Positions 50,560-63,920 of a stretch of 64,000 nt of DNA are shown here, piece by piece. The stretch lies in NCBI RefSeq assembly GCF_009834535.1, contig NC_045696.1, positions 104,596,001 through 104,660,000 on the forward strand. Reading direction: 5' to 3'. The stretch is from Camelus ferus (taxonomy: Eukaryota). The position numbers and the translations under genes are program-made. The notes beneath the pieces are model-generated. The model ran no database searches and was not told the DNA's origin. It worked only from the letters and a program-made list of their open reading frames with translations. Within the stretch, counting starts at the first letter, position 1; every line of letters begins with the position of its first letter.

Positions 50560-51870
50560 CAAGAGAGATGGTCAGAGCCAGAAACCATAAAGACAATATT
50601 GGTAGATCTGACTTTATTGATTCAACATTCAACTAATACATATTTATGTGTCAGGTACACATAAAAATTCACAAACTTCTATAGGGAAAACAAACGTAAA
50701 TGTCAAATAAATTTTTTAAATGTTTGCATTGTATATGACAGACAAAGGGTTGGTATCATTAATTTATAAAGAGCTCTTACAAACCAGTTAGAAAATGATG
50801 GGCATCCCAATTAAATTATGGAAGAGTGTGAATTAGACAATCCATAAAAAAATAAGACAAGCGAGCCGTAAACATCTGAAAACATCAGCCTTCCTAGTAA
50901 CCAAAGCAATGCAAATTGAAATGGCAACAGGGTGTCATAGTCCATTCCAGCAATGAGGCAAGAAAAAAGTGCCCGATGTGGGCGGAGGCACGAGGGGATG
51001 GTGAGAATGTAAATTAGCTCAAACTTCCCAGAGGGCAACTTACCGGGATGTATCAACGTCTTCAATCTACATGCCCTGCCTCTACCAACTTTCCCACAGG
51101 ATGGTTTTTAGGGAAATGACACTGCGGTTCTAAAGATTCTAAAGATCACCTTCAAGAATAAACAAGTGAAGACAGCCAGGGGACTTCAGAATAGGTCTTT
51201 CCAGATCCGAAGACAGTTAAAGGTAGAAAGCTGTGGGATGGAGGCACAAGAATAGATAAATGGATCAGGAGAGGAGCACGGAGAATTCATAAACAATCCG
51301 GTAGAAAAGCTGCCCTGGAAATCAGGGTGGGAGAGAAGCAGAGATGACTATTCAACAGAGAACGGTTGGAGCAGTTGTGTAACTCTTCAGGGGTAAAAAA
51401 AAAGCTAAATCGTTACATTATTTTTTTAAACCAAAATAAATTTCAGGTAGATCAAAGATTTATATGTAAATAATACAAGTACCTAAATATTGAACAAAAA
51501 TGTGGGTAAATCCTTTTATAATTTTTTACAAGCTTTTCTGTAAAGGAGAAACTATGATAAAATTAAAAGATAAATTTAAAAGCTAGGGGGGATATTTTAA
51601 CTTATGTGATGGATAAAAGGCTAACATCCCTAATATACAAACCGATTCCAAAGCCATAAGGAAGAGTTTAATACCTTCCCCCCAAAATGGACAGAGAGCA
51701 CAAATAGGCAATTTACAGGGAAAATATAAATAGTCAATAAACACATGAAAATGTGATCATAGGCACATTCTTGCTTATGATAAATTAAATATAAAGGAAG
51801 ACAAGGTATTTTTTCCTAGAAAATTGGCAAAACAATATATATAAAGCTAAGTATTGATAGAAAATTTTAA
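50560..51870 (+). mobile_element. Two highly diverged L1M ORF2 fragments
   Basis: First fragment: gacagacaaagggtt...aaagagctcttacaa...atgcaaattgaa. Second fragment: caagaatagataaatggatca...accaaaataaatttcaggtagatcaaagatt...acaaataggcaatttaca. Confidence 0.75.
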
Positions 51871-52359
51871 AGAGAAGGGAGGAAAGGAGAGAGAAGATGA
51901 ATGCTCACTGGTGGCAGGGTTTGATACACTCACACTTCGTGGATGGGGATGAAAACTGGTCCCCAGCCTCATGGAGTCCCTGCTTCCCCATTGGTTAAAA
52001 GTGAAAATGACAATAGCTACCCGCAAGCGCTATTCCTAGTTGAAATATATGGCACTGAAAGTACTCTGTGATTTTATAAAGCACAGGGCATACCTTATTG
52101 GGCACAGCTCACTCAGCCACCCTGTGAATGATAGATCTTTAGTCTCATCCTGATGATGAAATTGAGCCTGAGAGAGGTTAAGTAACTTGCTTAATGTCAC
52201 TTGACTAAGAAAGACTGAAAAATGGATTTACATTCGAGTCTTTGGACTCTGCATCCTGCCTGATTCTCTTCTCTGCACAGCACCTGTTCTAACAGGCAGT
52301 CAGGAATGCTGGGGCAAGAAGAGGTCAAGGCTGCAGCATGTGGGCAGAAGTGTCTATTG

Positions 52360-53700
52360 GTTCATTCCTCAACAAAGGTTTGTGAAGGAGTTGGTGCATG
52401 GCCAGCTCAGGCCACAGTTGTGCTCAAGTAATGTTCTTGCACACAGTGGGGCTCTGTTTTAGTGGGGCAGATAGAAAAGAAACAAATATCAACGGCATAG
52501 CTAACTGGGTGAATCAGACGAGGCTTCATTGAGGAGGAGATGTTTGGGCTAAGATGCTCACAATGGTGTGGAAGCAGAGGAAAGCCGTGAGTCCCAGGGA
52601 CGGAGCAGCAAGTGTAAAGACCCAGTCTGTTGGAGGAACGGAGAGAGGCCACAGGGTGTGTTTCCCAAGCAAGGGCAAGAGCAGTGGGAGAAGGGGGACA
52701 ATGTGGCCGTGGATGTGGATGGGCAGGGAAGACTTAGCGATGATTGTGAGTCTCAGTGGTTGGGAGCTCCTGCTGCAGATGGAGAGGACTGGGGAACGAC
52801 CATCTGAGGTAGGAGGAGGGGACAGGGCTCTGCTTTTGACATTGGATTCAAGGTGCTGGTGAGACGGGGGAGCAGAGATGACAAGTAACCAGGGGAACAT
52901 GCAGGCCTGGGGGTCACGAGAGGTCTGGCTTGGAGAGGGTGGACAGGTAAAAACAGTGCATAAAAGACTCTCCAGTATTTGGCTATCTAGTGGAAGAAGG
53001 GGAGGCCACAAAGGGACTGAGGAGGAACTTTCCAGTGACAGCATGGAATCCCAGAGTCCAAGGAAGTGTCTCAAAAAGGAGAGGGCAGTGATTATTGATT
53101 GATGTGAGGTCCAGCGGGGAGCAGACAGGGGAGAATGCATCTGATTGAACTTCATGCCTAGTGCTAGTGACCTTGACAAAAGCAATTTCAGCTGCACGTT
53201 AGGGAGGGAGGACATGTGGGAGGGAGTGAGGAGTAATAAGGTGAGGAGGTGGGGCATGAATGCAGGCAACTTGTTGGAGATTAATAACTGCTAACAAACA
53301 GTGCAAACCCATCCTGGGGCAGGCCCTTTCAGATTCACTGATTCAATTTTTCAACAACCTTCTAGGATGATTATTCATCATAGCCCCCTTTTATAGATGA
53401 GGAAACTGGGGTGTAGAGAGTTGAACAGAGATGGCTGGAAAGGGTGGAAGAGATCTTTGGATGCAGCTGAAGGTAAAGATAGGGATTTAATGTTTTGCTT
53501 TTCCCTTAATATCAGGTAGTTGAGACTGTGTGCTGATGGGAGTGGTCCCTTAGCAAGGGGCATGAAAAAAGTACCTCTGCAGGACTGGCCCTGAGAGGAA
53601 CGAGGTCTCACCTCCACTGAAGGCTGGGAAGGTGAGGGAGCTGTCTCCTGATGGCTTCTATTTTCACGATGACATGTGGAGCAGGGTCAACAGCTAGAGG
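52360..53700 (-). mobile_element. L2 fragment including an ORF2/RT remnant, interrupted by a MIR at ~53290-53425
   Basis: The minus strand carries L2-like ctgaaattgcttttgtcaaggtcactag and tcctttttgagacacttccttggactctggga. The L2 3' region lies at 52360-52700. Confidence 0.75.
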
Positions 53701-55094
53701 AGTAAAGACTAAAGGTGGTTTGAGGACGGAGGAGAAAGTGTGGATCGAGCAGACTTGCATTATGCATGCTACTCTCCAAAGTGGAGGGTGAGCCTGGACC
53801 CTGCCAGGATCTCAGTAGGGCAAGAGCCTTCCCTGCACCATTGGTTGGCTGCACTATGGTTGGATGTGTTTGGGTCTGTTTCCTGCCATGGACCAGGAAC
53901 TTCTGAGAAGGAGACATAGGGATGCCCCTTTCTTCCCTCCTCCTCCTCCTCCTCATTTGCAACAATCTCCACCTGTCCTTCAACCTCACCTCAAATGCCA
54001 GCCCTCCAAAAGCACAGAACTGGTTTTCTGCGGTCCAAGTCAAAGAACTCCTCTGGCTGGATGCTCTGCGCACCTTGCAGACATGTCCTGCTGTAGTAGT
54101 GTGCTCAGCTATGGGAAGCTCTGTGAAGGCAGGACTCTATTCTCTTGGTCACCTCAAAAGCTCCCTCCATTACCAGGGCCCCCAGGTCCCGACCTGGGGC
54201 CGACTGCAGTGCCTGAACTGTGGGGAATGGCTCGGTAAATGACTGCAAGATGAACTCAATCCCATTCCAAACCAGACTCAAAAAAATTCCTGAAGTGGGA
54301 GTTCTGAGACAATTCCAGAATCCGTCATTATCTTAAACATGCAAAAGGATCATGAAAGCTTCTTCCGATGCCTACTGGCAAAATTAGAGCACTGGAGGGA
54401 CTTTTGATCTTTACTTCTCCACCTTTTACATAAAGTCTGGTTTTAAAAGCCTTAAGAATGTCTGTTCAGCATCTAGTAGTCTGGGCAAAGAGGCTTCAGA
54501 GACTATTTTACATGCCTCACAAGCCCTGTTTCTAAGCCGAAAAGACAATTTCGCCTGACTCAGTATGAAAATTTGTCATCATTTAGCATATAGGAGATCC
54601 TGATAAAATCCTATGTTTTCGGTCCTTAAATCTTGTCTGATGTGTAAGAAACTGACACATGAGACTGTTGATGGGATTATGTTTTTAGTTCATGAGCATG
54701 TTGGCAGGGATGTGAATCTAGAAAGGTACGCTGTCCTCATACAGGTGTGTCTTTTAGTGCATGCACGTGCTCATTTGTACATTCATTCATTCTTCATTCA
54801 AAAAATGTCACCTAGGATAAGCCAGTCTTGTCTGTTAAAGAAGGAAGGGAGTAAAGGTTTGATCAGGTGTTTGATCTTGACTCTGAAGGCAGTGAGGAGT
54901 TATGAGAGGGTTTGAAATAGGATAGAGGACTGGTCAGCATTGTGCCACAGCTGGGATTATGCTATGAAATTAGGCTATGATCTCTGTATGTGCTATTCCT
55001 TCAGCTTAAGTTTTTGACCAGTTGCAAACAGATATTAACTAGGTACCTGAAGAAAGACCTCAGTTTCTAAAAGTACAACTCAGTGATTGCCAAT

Positions 55095-55320
55095 AAACTT
55101 TGAAATCAGATTCTGAACCAGGCTTTTTGGGTTTGGATCCCAGCATCTCTCTTTCCTAGCTGTGTGACCCTCAACAAGTAACTAAACTGTCCTGTGTCTC
55201 AGTTTCCCCATCTATATAATGGGCATGATACCACAACTCATCTCACAGAGTTCTGAAGAATACAGGATTGAAAGCAGGTAAAGCCTTTGGAACCATGCCC
55301 AGCACACAGTAAACACTTGG
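55095..55320 (+). mobile_element. MIR SINE
   Basis: gggtttggatcccagc...ctagctgtgtgaccctcaacaagtaactaaac...tgtctcagtttccccatctata...cagcacacagtaaacact. Confidence 0.85.
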
Positions 55321-58300
55321 TTCGGCTATCTTGGGGCCACTGTGTGTTGGGTCATGTGGGCACAAAGGGAATTACTATGGTCCTCCTCCTGAAGGAGCAA
55401 CCAGTGGGGATCCCAGAGAACTTGAGCAGTGTGATCAAGGCACTAGTGCAATAGTGGCAGCATGGCCCAGGTGAGGAGGAGCAGGTGAGGGGGAGGAGAG
55501 GTGTCTGGGGAGGCTCCAGGGATGGGGGAGTTTATGAAGGATGTATACAAAGAACCCAGCTATTCAGGGGGCTGTGGAGAATGCCCTGGCCTGCTCAGAA
55601 GTGACTGCATTTTCCCCACTAATAGATTAATTCATTAGTGTCCAAGCCTAGTTCACGGTCATTTTCATATAAATCCCTTGGACGGAGTTAATAGGACCTT
55701 CCAGGGCATTGATGATGGCATTGCAAGCGATAATTAGTCAATGCTGTTGGTGGGGAGCAGGAGCTGCTAACTGGAGCCTAGTGAGAAGAAGGGAAATCAA
55801 AACAATCGATCAGCATTTCCTCAATCCAATACATGAACCTCAGAAATGAGGTTCTGGACTGGGGAGGCTGAATTCCACGAAAAACCTCAGGGAATCCGAA
55901 TACCCTGATCCATTGCGCTTTTTCTCAGCCAGCACTGAAGACTCTTCCAAAACATTCTGGAAATGGTGTTCAGTGATTGCAATAGAATCTTGTTCCAAAG
56001 AGCTGGGTCTCTGAGAGGACCCTAGGGAGTTGGTGTGATCATCATTTCTTACCGCTGGGGGTCTTGGGTGAGAAGGGGAAAGGCCAGGAGAATGAGTTGG
56101 CTGTGCATTGATTTTGACATATGTCCGGAAGTAGAGACCTCCCTCCATCTCTTCCTTTCTCTCGCCCTCCTTCCTTCTGCCTTTCTTTCCACTCTTCTTT
56201 CTTTCCTCAAATTTTCACTTCTGTTTTTGTTTACATGATTTGTGTTCATGATTAAACATTCAAAGATGACAGTAGGTATATAGACGACACGTAAGTTGCC
56301 CACATCCATTAATGACCTTCCTGTTTCCTGTTCTGCTGACCGCTTTTCACATGAAGGTTATGCCTTGTCTACTGAGAAGAGGAAATGATTAGTAACCAGC
56401 GGTTGGGTTAAAAATTTGGGCTAAAGTCACCTTGGTAATCATAAGGAAGGATACCCCCTTCCCCTGCCGATCCATACCTATTCTGAAAGATGAGATGCCA
56501 AGTCTTTGAAGGTTTTGGAAGTGCTGTTTGGCTCAATGGTTCATTCCTATCCTCCTGAGCACTGGGGATGCTCTCACAATGGGAATCCAGACATTCCTTT
56601 GTATCCACTTTTCTCCCTGTGCATCTTGCACTGTACTCAACCCCTAATCTCATCCCCTGGAATCAACAAGCCTTTGTCTCGGGCTTGGCTTTCTGGGGCC
56701 GGGATGGGAGGTGAGGGTGGCAGGCCAGGACAGGGAGCTGCCTGGATGGAGATCATCCTGATTCCAGCTGTCCGCTGGGCCCCAGCTCTGTCCATCCCTC
56801 TGTACCCAATGTCCGGCCGAGATGGCTAAGCTTGTGCTGGGCTGCCGGCAGCCCAGCAAACACAGACTATTGACCAAGGAAAGTCTTCACACTGAGAAAT
56901 GTGACCTGAAGTTTGCTGGAGAACAGACACTCTGGAATGAACCATTTTGGACAGAGGTTTGCATTGACTTTGAGAGGATTTGTGCTGCTGGAGCACCTCT
57001 TTCCACAGAACGTGGGCACACCTGGGAGGAGCAGCTCTTGAGCTGGGAAATTCACAGTGACAACAGACACCCCTGATTTGAGAACTTGATCCCCACAACC
57101 CTCGGCAGTGCGTGAATAATACGATTTTCTTGGGAAAAAAATCACTCAGATTGTTTTTGTCTCCATCTATATTATACAGGTGGAACAGCCCTACAATTGC
57201 TGTTACCTTAAAGACTGGTTAAAGGTGATGGTGTCTTGATGTGTTTTCAATTCAGTTCAATTTGACAAGCATTTAGTGAATAATTAGTGTATGCCTAATA
57301 TATGCTTTTTAGCTCAACAATAAATTAGAAGCCCAATCTATTCTTTCATTCAAAAAAATCTGATAGCATTTAGATTTTATTAGACATAATTCTTCATTTT
57401 GACAAAAACCTGCCTGGTTTTCATATATCATTACTGCATCTTTGGTAGAGGCTTGATTTCAACAATAAATATCTTACTGCTTTCTCTTAAAAAAAAAAAA
57501 GATATGTTCTTTTGGTTGACAATTTTATTTGATCAATAATTGCATCAATTCCTGCCAAAAGCACATACAAGTTGCCCAAGGTGAAACTTACCAGCTTCCA
57601 ATTTTTAATTAGCCTGTATTTCCTTTACAGTTGGAGCTTCTAACAGAGAATTAGAGCAAAGAAACCCACGGAAGAAAGGCAAGTCATGCAGAAAATGCCA
57701 ATATTAATTTCCTAAACAAGTCATAACTTAAATGTTACCTACCCAGCTCCCAGCCCTCAGCTTTAAAGAAAGGAGCAATCAAAAGAAACTGATTGGGCAG
57801 GGAACATTATCAATTAATGAGAGAAGTTAAAAGGGAAAAAGAATGTGTTACATAAATTGGAAAAACAAATTTCAACAGAGGCTTGCTATTTTCAATCTGA
57901 GGAGAAATGACTTTTCTGTTTCGACTCACGCACCTTTGTCTGTGACTGAGTGACCCAGAGCAAAGCAGAGACCCTGCTGTGGCTGGGAGCTGGGAGGGGG
58001 CCCCAGGGCCAGGCGGAGGAGGCCCGGGTGCAGGTCTGGCTCTGCCATCTGGGAGATTCGTGCCCATCTCCCACTCTCTCTTGAAGTCCTTATTCCTCCT
58101 TCAAAAATTGAGGGTAATGCCATCAGCCCACTGAGCCCACAGGCTCACGGAAGAGACCAGATAAGATCTGGGGCAGAAAGTGAGGCAGGAATCACCTGTC
58201 AGGAAAAATAGAAACTCTGTGTGGATGTGGGTGTGGGTGCACGCATGTGTGTGTGCACATGCGGTGCACATCGGTGACTGTACGGGTGTACAGTATCCAC

Positions 58301-58334
58301 GTATGGGTGAATGTAACCTAATAAAGTACATAGA

Positions 58335-58530
58335 CTGTGGCTCTCAGAAAGATGGAGGAATGCATGAAAATGATAAACAGCAACTTCCTGCTGTGAAATC
58401 TGGAAGAGCTGGTCAGAGAGGAGCACACAGGGCTTCACCGGAACTGGTGATGTTTTATTTCTTAAGCTGGATGGTAGGAAAACAGTGCTTTCCTGTATTA
58501 GTCTTTGGAACTATGTTTTATAAAATAAAT
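58335..58530 (+). mobile_element. Old L1ME-type 3' end fragment
   Basis: ggagcacacagggcttc...actggtgatgttttatttcttaagctggatggt. Confidence 0.6.
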
Positions 58531-61500
58531 CTATTTCTCTATCTCTCTATCCACCTACCTATCAATCATATCTATCTATCTAAAGAACAAAGGGATAAAC
58601 CTCCACTTGCGTTAGGAAAATAGATGCTAACACAGGGACTTAGGGATGGTACCTAATCCCCAGCTCTGCTGAGCATTTCTGTATGTCATTTCTGGGGGAG
58701 ATGACAGCTCAGTTTTAGGGGAGGAAATCATTTTGAAGAGTGATCATCACTTTCCCCCTGGACACAGCAACTCAGAAGACTCTTTTGCAAAGGAACCCCG
58801 CCTCAGCTTGGTGAGGATGGGTTCCAAATGATAAGAGTCGAGATGCCTGAAATGTTAAAGTAATATACAGCTGAACACCAGGACAGTGAGAGAAGTGTGA
58901 CTCCCTTTTAACTCAGACCTAGTTGCAAAATTCAGTTCCTCTGGCCACCCGCTCTGGGAACTTCAGCAAATCACCACACCACCCTGTAAGTTGGTTTCCT
59001 CGGTGTGCACAGGATAGTAATAACCCTCCAAGCAGATGGAGACCACACATGGAGAAGGAGACAGGGGAGAAGAAGGAATTTTGGACAAAAAAAAAAAAAA
59101 AAAAAAAAGAAAAAGAAAAAAAGGTCACAGGCAAGGTTCTTTGGTCCATAGAGTGTTTTAAAAAATTGAATTAGTTATCCATATTTTATACTTGGAAGAT
59201 TTCACAAGCAGCCCCAGTTTCCAGCTTCTTGAAGAATCAAAAGTTCTTTGTCACCCATGCTGAAGGAAGCTACAGTTCTGTGGGCCCCACACGCTCCTCG
59301 GCTCACCCCAGCCCCCGCGGGCCCACTGCAACCACTGCGCCACCTGTCTGCACCTGCGCACTTGGAGAGAGGCTCTCTGTGATGCTTGGGGGAATGTGTA
59401 TGAGGGGCTTGCTCAGCAATGCACCCCCACCATCCTTTGCCAACTGGGATATACAGTTTCCGGCTGGTGTGCTGATTACTGCCTATGCAATCCCACTGTT
59501 GAGCAGATTTCTCTGGGGTTGGGATGGCCAGTTGCCTGCTTCCTGTAGGAAGCATCCCTGTCCCCACGCCCCTGTTCTCTCTGGACCAGTTAGCTAATCC
59601 GATGCAGCGGCTTGTGCGTAGAGGGCTGGTGGATGAGGGGGAGGACAGTGCCTCTAAGGCTGGAGTGTCATTGGTTTTGTGTTCCCCTTCCTGCTTGTGG
59701 ATTCCAGGCTCAGCTCTGGCTGCCTCTGAGATAGCTTCTTTTCTAATCTTGATCAGAAGACTCCCTCTGAGATGCTCCATTCCTCACTCCCAATCTCAAA
59801 ACGTGCACTTCGAATCAGCTGTGGATTGCAGAATTGTACTATCAAGCTTTTAAAATCAAAGACCCTTTTCCCATAAAATCTTGAGGAGTGGACTGTGAAT
59901 GGGGGCCTGGGAGCATTTCTCAGAGTAAACTGATTGGGTAACTGAAAATGTTCCCCTTCCTCTTCTCCTAATGTTTCTGATTAGGAGAGACAGGCAAACG
60001 AGCGGTGACTGCAGAACCCCAAGCCCTGCAGCCACCTGCAGTGGGAAGCTCCCGAGATACTCTTTCTCTACACCAGTTACCCTGAGACGGATGTGATCAG
60101 GGTGAGCTTAATGTGTTTGTTTTATGTTTTCATTTCTGAAACCTCCTCAGAGTCCCACAAGCTCACTGAGGGCAGGAACAGCATCCCGCTGGTCCCTCCC
60201 ACAGTGCCTGCCACATTCTTGGCATGGAATCAATATTTATTAAAAAGAAAAAAATTTGTGCCTATATAGTCCAGTATTCAAGGCAGCCATATGTATTTAT
60301 TTAAGAATTCACTGAAAAGCACTTACAAGTTTCCTACTCTATAGGAAGTGCTCTTTGCATGGGATTTTAAATATTTAAATACACCCCCACCTTGTGAGGC
60401 TGTATCTACCACACACCTGGACTCACACTCACACTTCGACCTTGAGCCTTGGAAGGGACCTTAGGGAAACTCTAAACCACGGCCACCATGCTCTCCGTGG
60501 CGTCCAGGACAGACACTGCTAGTCAATTACGTCAGTCATGTCACCCTTTCTTACTGAGTCCAGATCCTACCTCCATATCCTTCTCAGTACACCCTCCTGG
60601 AAGACTCTACCAATAATTTTAATTAACGGGCTTTTCAATGAATGAAAGTTATTTACCATCCCAAATCAAGTTCAGTGAACCAAAGCCCTCGTTTTACCAA
60701 GACTGGGGCAATCCCAGACAGGTTAGGTCACGAACACCAATTCTCCAAGCTCCCCCGACGCAGCCCTGGCTCTCCCCGCACCAGTGCACCTCACCTGCAT
60801 CCCCCAGGTGTGTCACTGCAGGTGAAGTCAGTATAAAGTGGCCTGCCCACAGCCCACATTCCATCACAGGCCCACTGGGAGATGCTCCAGTTCTATGCTC
60901 GAAATGACTGAGCAGAAATGCAAGTCTCTCCTGAGCTGTCTCAGCGTCCGTCTAAGGAGAGTTCATCCATAATGTACAGCAAAGCATTCTGAACATTCTC
61001 TTTCTCACAGGCTGTTTCCCAATTACTTTCCTCACCCTCCTAACTCAAAAATCCTCCAGCACCGGCCTTCCCCACCTCTGGCCAGCTCCTCTGCTGGTGC
61101 CTTCCGGGGGATATCACCTACTCTCTGCCATCAGCCATTGTACGCCCTTTTCAATACAAATAAATCCAGACCCTCAATTTTCTCACTTACCTATTACTGT
61201 GGTTCTGCTCCAAAAAGCTCAGGACCTGATGTGACTGAGTCAGCATCCCACTAACAGGGCAGGGGATGGGTAGAGAACGTGGATATCAAACTGGGAATAT
61301 TTCTTTCTGTTTGCACACATGTTATTACATACAGTTCAGGAATCTCAGGATATCGCCTCCTTTGGACATTCCTTCTTCCTTGCTAATACTTCCCTTTCTT
61401 TGAGAGAGGACATGAGTACTTTAGTTTGATGTCCTCACGACTCCCTGAGCTCACTTCACTGGTTCAACCCCAGGCGGGGCTGCAGGCACAGAGGTGAACA

Positions 61501-62299
61501 GAGTAGGGACCTGGCTCTGGGAGCAGACAGACTGCCTGGGGTCTGCAAGAATGTGCAGCAAGCCCCAGGATGGGTTAACTCTTGGGGGATGGCCTGCTGT
61601 GCTCCGGCAAGGCCTGCTCTCCTCTGGGGACAAGTCAGGAGGGCACTGCTGGGTGTGGATCTCCAGGGGAAGGAGGCCTGATCATCACAACAAAGGTATT
61701 TGAAGGAGCAACAGGTAGGACTATTTGCCCATTGTTTCCCCTCCTTTGTTCCTTTGGCAGCAACTTTACTGATCATGTGCTGTCTACCTGGCATCTGCTA
61801 GGTGCTAGGGACACAGGGATATATAACCTTGAGAGGCTCAACTCCACTGCAGTTAAGCAGATGCCACCTGCTCTCCTGAATTTGCCCATATCGGGCCTGA
61901 GCAGAGACAGGGTGGCATTGCTACAGTGATCAGGGAGGCAAGTCAGTGACTTGGCAGAGCAAATCAGGGGTTTCCTGAGAGCACGGCCATCTGCCCACAC
62001 CCATCATGACAGCTCTGTCCTCTTCTGTGCATCTCCTGGCCCATCTCCTGGGAGTACATGCTGGATGGTCTCTTCTCAAAGAACCAGCGCCATTGGCAGC
62101 TCCAGCCCATGGACACGAGCCTGGTCACCCAGCAGTGACCTGACCACCGTCCCCATGCCCTGAGCTCTGACACTGAGTCCACAGCAGCTGGCAGGAGCCC
62201 TGTCTGCAGCCCTGGGCTCCTCCCTGTCCTCCCCAAGTCAGGGGTCCCCTATAGACATCTGAATAGGGGAGCCCTGCAGGGAACGAGCTCAGGGCACAG

Positions 62300-63920
62300 T
62301 AAAATACCATCAGGATGAGCCTCACAGACACAACGTCGTGGGAAAGGAGCCAGCCCCAAGTGTACCTACTGTGTGATTCTATTTCTATTAAGGCTGGCAA
62401 CAGGCAAACTGACCCATGTGATAAAAATCAGAAGAGTCATTACCCTGGGGATGGGAGGCAAAAGGGGTCTTTCTGGGATGCTGGAAATGTTTCAGACCTT
62501 TATCTCTATAGTAGCTACATACTTATGCAGATGTGTAAAACATAATCCTTTACACCATACACAAAAATAAACTCAAAATGGATCAAAGACTTAAACATAA
62601 GACAAGATACAATAAACCTCCTAGAAGAAAATATAGGCAAAACATTATCTGACATACATCTCAAAAATATTCTCCTAGAACAGTCTACCCAAGAAATAGA
62701 AATAAAAGCAAGAGTAAACAAATGGGACCTAATGAAACTTACAAGCGTCTGCACAACAAAGGAAACCTTAAGTAAAACAAAAAGAGAACCTATGGAATGG
62801 GAGAAAATTTTTGCAAATGCAACTGACAAAGGCTTGATCTCCAGAATATATAAGCAGCTCATACGACTTAATAAGAAAAAAAACAAACAACCCAATCCAA
62901 AAATGGGCAGAAGACCTAAACAAGAAATTCTCCAAGGAAGACATACAAATGATCAATAGGCACATGAAAAAATGCTCAATATCACTAATTATCAGAGAAA
63001 TGCAAATCAATGAGGTATCACCTCACATCAGTCAGAATGGCCATCATTCAAAAATCCACAAATGACAAATGCTGGAGAGGCTATGGAGAAAAGGGAACCC
63101 TCCTACACTGCTGATAGGAATGCAGTTTGGTGCAGCCACTGTGGAAAACAGTATGGAGATTCCTCAAAAGACTAGGAATAGACTTACCGTATGACCCAGG
63201 AATCCCACTCCTGGGCATATATCCAGAAGGAACCCTACTTCAAAAAGACACCTGCACCCCAATGTTCATAGCAGCACTATTTACAATAGCCAAGACATGG
63301 AAACAGCCTAAATGTCCATCAACAGATGACTGGATAAAGAAGCTGTGGTATATTTATACAATGGAATACTACTCAGCCATAAAAACCAACAACATAACGC
63401 CATTTGCAGCAACATGGATGCTCCTGGAGAATGCCATTCTAAGTGAAGTAAGCCAGAAAGAGAAAGAAAAATACCATATGAGATCGCTCATATGTGGAAT
63501 CTAAAAAAAAAAAAAAAAAAAACAAAACAAAAAAAACAAACAAACAAAGCATAAATACAAAACAGAAATAGACTCACAGACATAGAATACAAACTTGTGG
63601 TTGCCAAGGGGGTAGGGGGTGGGAAGAGATAGACTGGGATTTCAAAATTGTAGAATAGATAAACAAGATTATACTGTATAGCACAGGGAAATATATACAA
63701 GATCTTATGGTAGCTCACAGAGAAAAAAATGTGACAATGAATATATATATGTTCATGTATAACTGAAAAATTGTGCTCTACATTGGAATTTGATACAACA
63801 TTGTAAAATGATTATAAATCAATAAAAAATGTTTAAAAAAAACCCAAAAAACAAAGCATAATCCTCTGTGTCTGTAAGATGAGTGAACTTTCTATCAATT
63901 ATACCTCAATTGAAAAAAAA
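62300..63920 (+). mobile_element. Old L1M 3' end (62300-62536 and 63866-63920), split by the young L1
   Basis: tactgtgtgattctattt...caggcaaact...tcagaagag...tttctgggatgctggaaatgtt; resumes aagatgagtgaac...ttatacctcaat. Confidence 0.7.
62550..63852 (+). mobile_element. Young 5'-truncated L1 (~1.3 kb): ORF2 C-terminus and 3' UTR
   Basis: ORF 63127-63504 reads [11 protein letters not shown]...DTCTPMFIAALFTIAKTWKQPKCP...MEYYSAIK...YHMRSLICGI. TSD aaaacataatcct (62537-62549) / aaagcataatcct (63853-63865). Confidence 0.95.

Noticed and set aside
52526..53269. Longest ORF in the window (247 aa, minus strand)
   Set aside because: It lies within a decayed L2 and reads out of the RT frame; it is not a host gene.
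55840..56148. Protein-like 102-aa minus-strand ORF
   Set aside because: No known motif and no good splice acceptor.
58225..58272. Hairpin-forming TG/CA stretch
   Set aside because: Expected from a degenerate alternating purine-pyrimidine microsatellite; not a credible miRNA.
59087..59122. Isolated poly(A) tract
   Set aside because: No upstream retrocopy body, polyadenylation signal or TSD that I could identify.
59202..59853. Overlapping 109-192 aa ORFs
   Set aside because: No recognisable domain, open on both strands, and no convincing splice or promoter context. Chance ORFs in GC-richer DNA.
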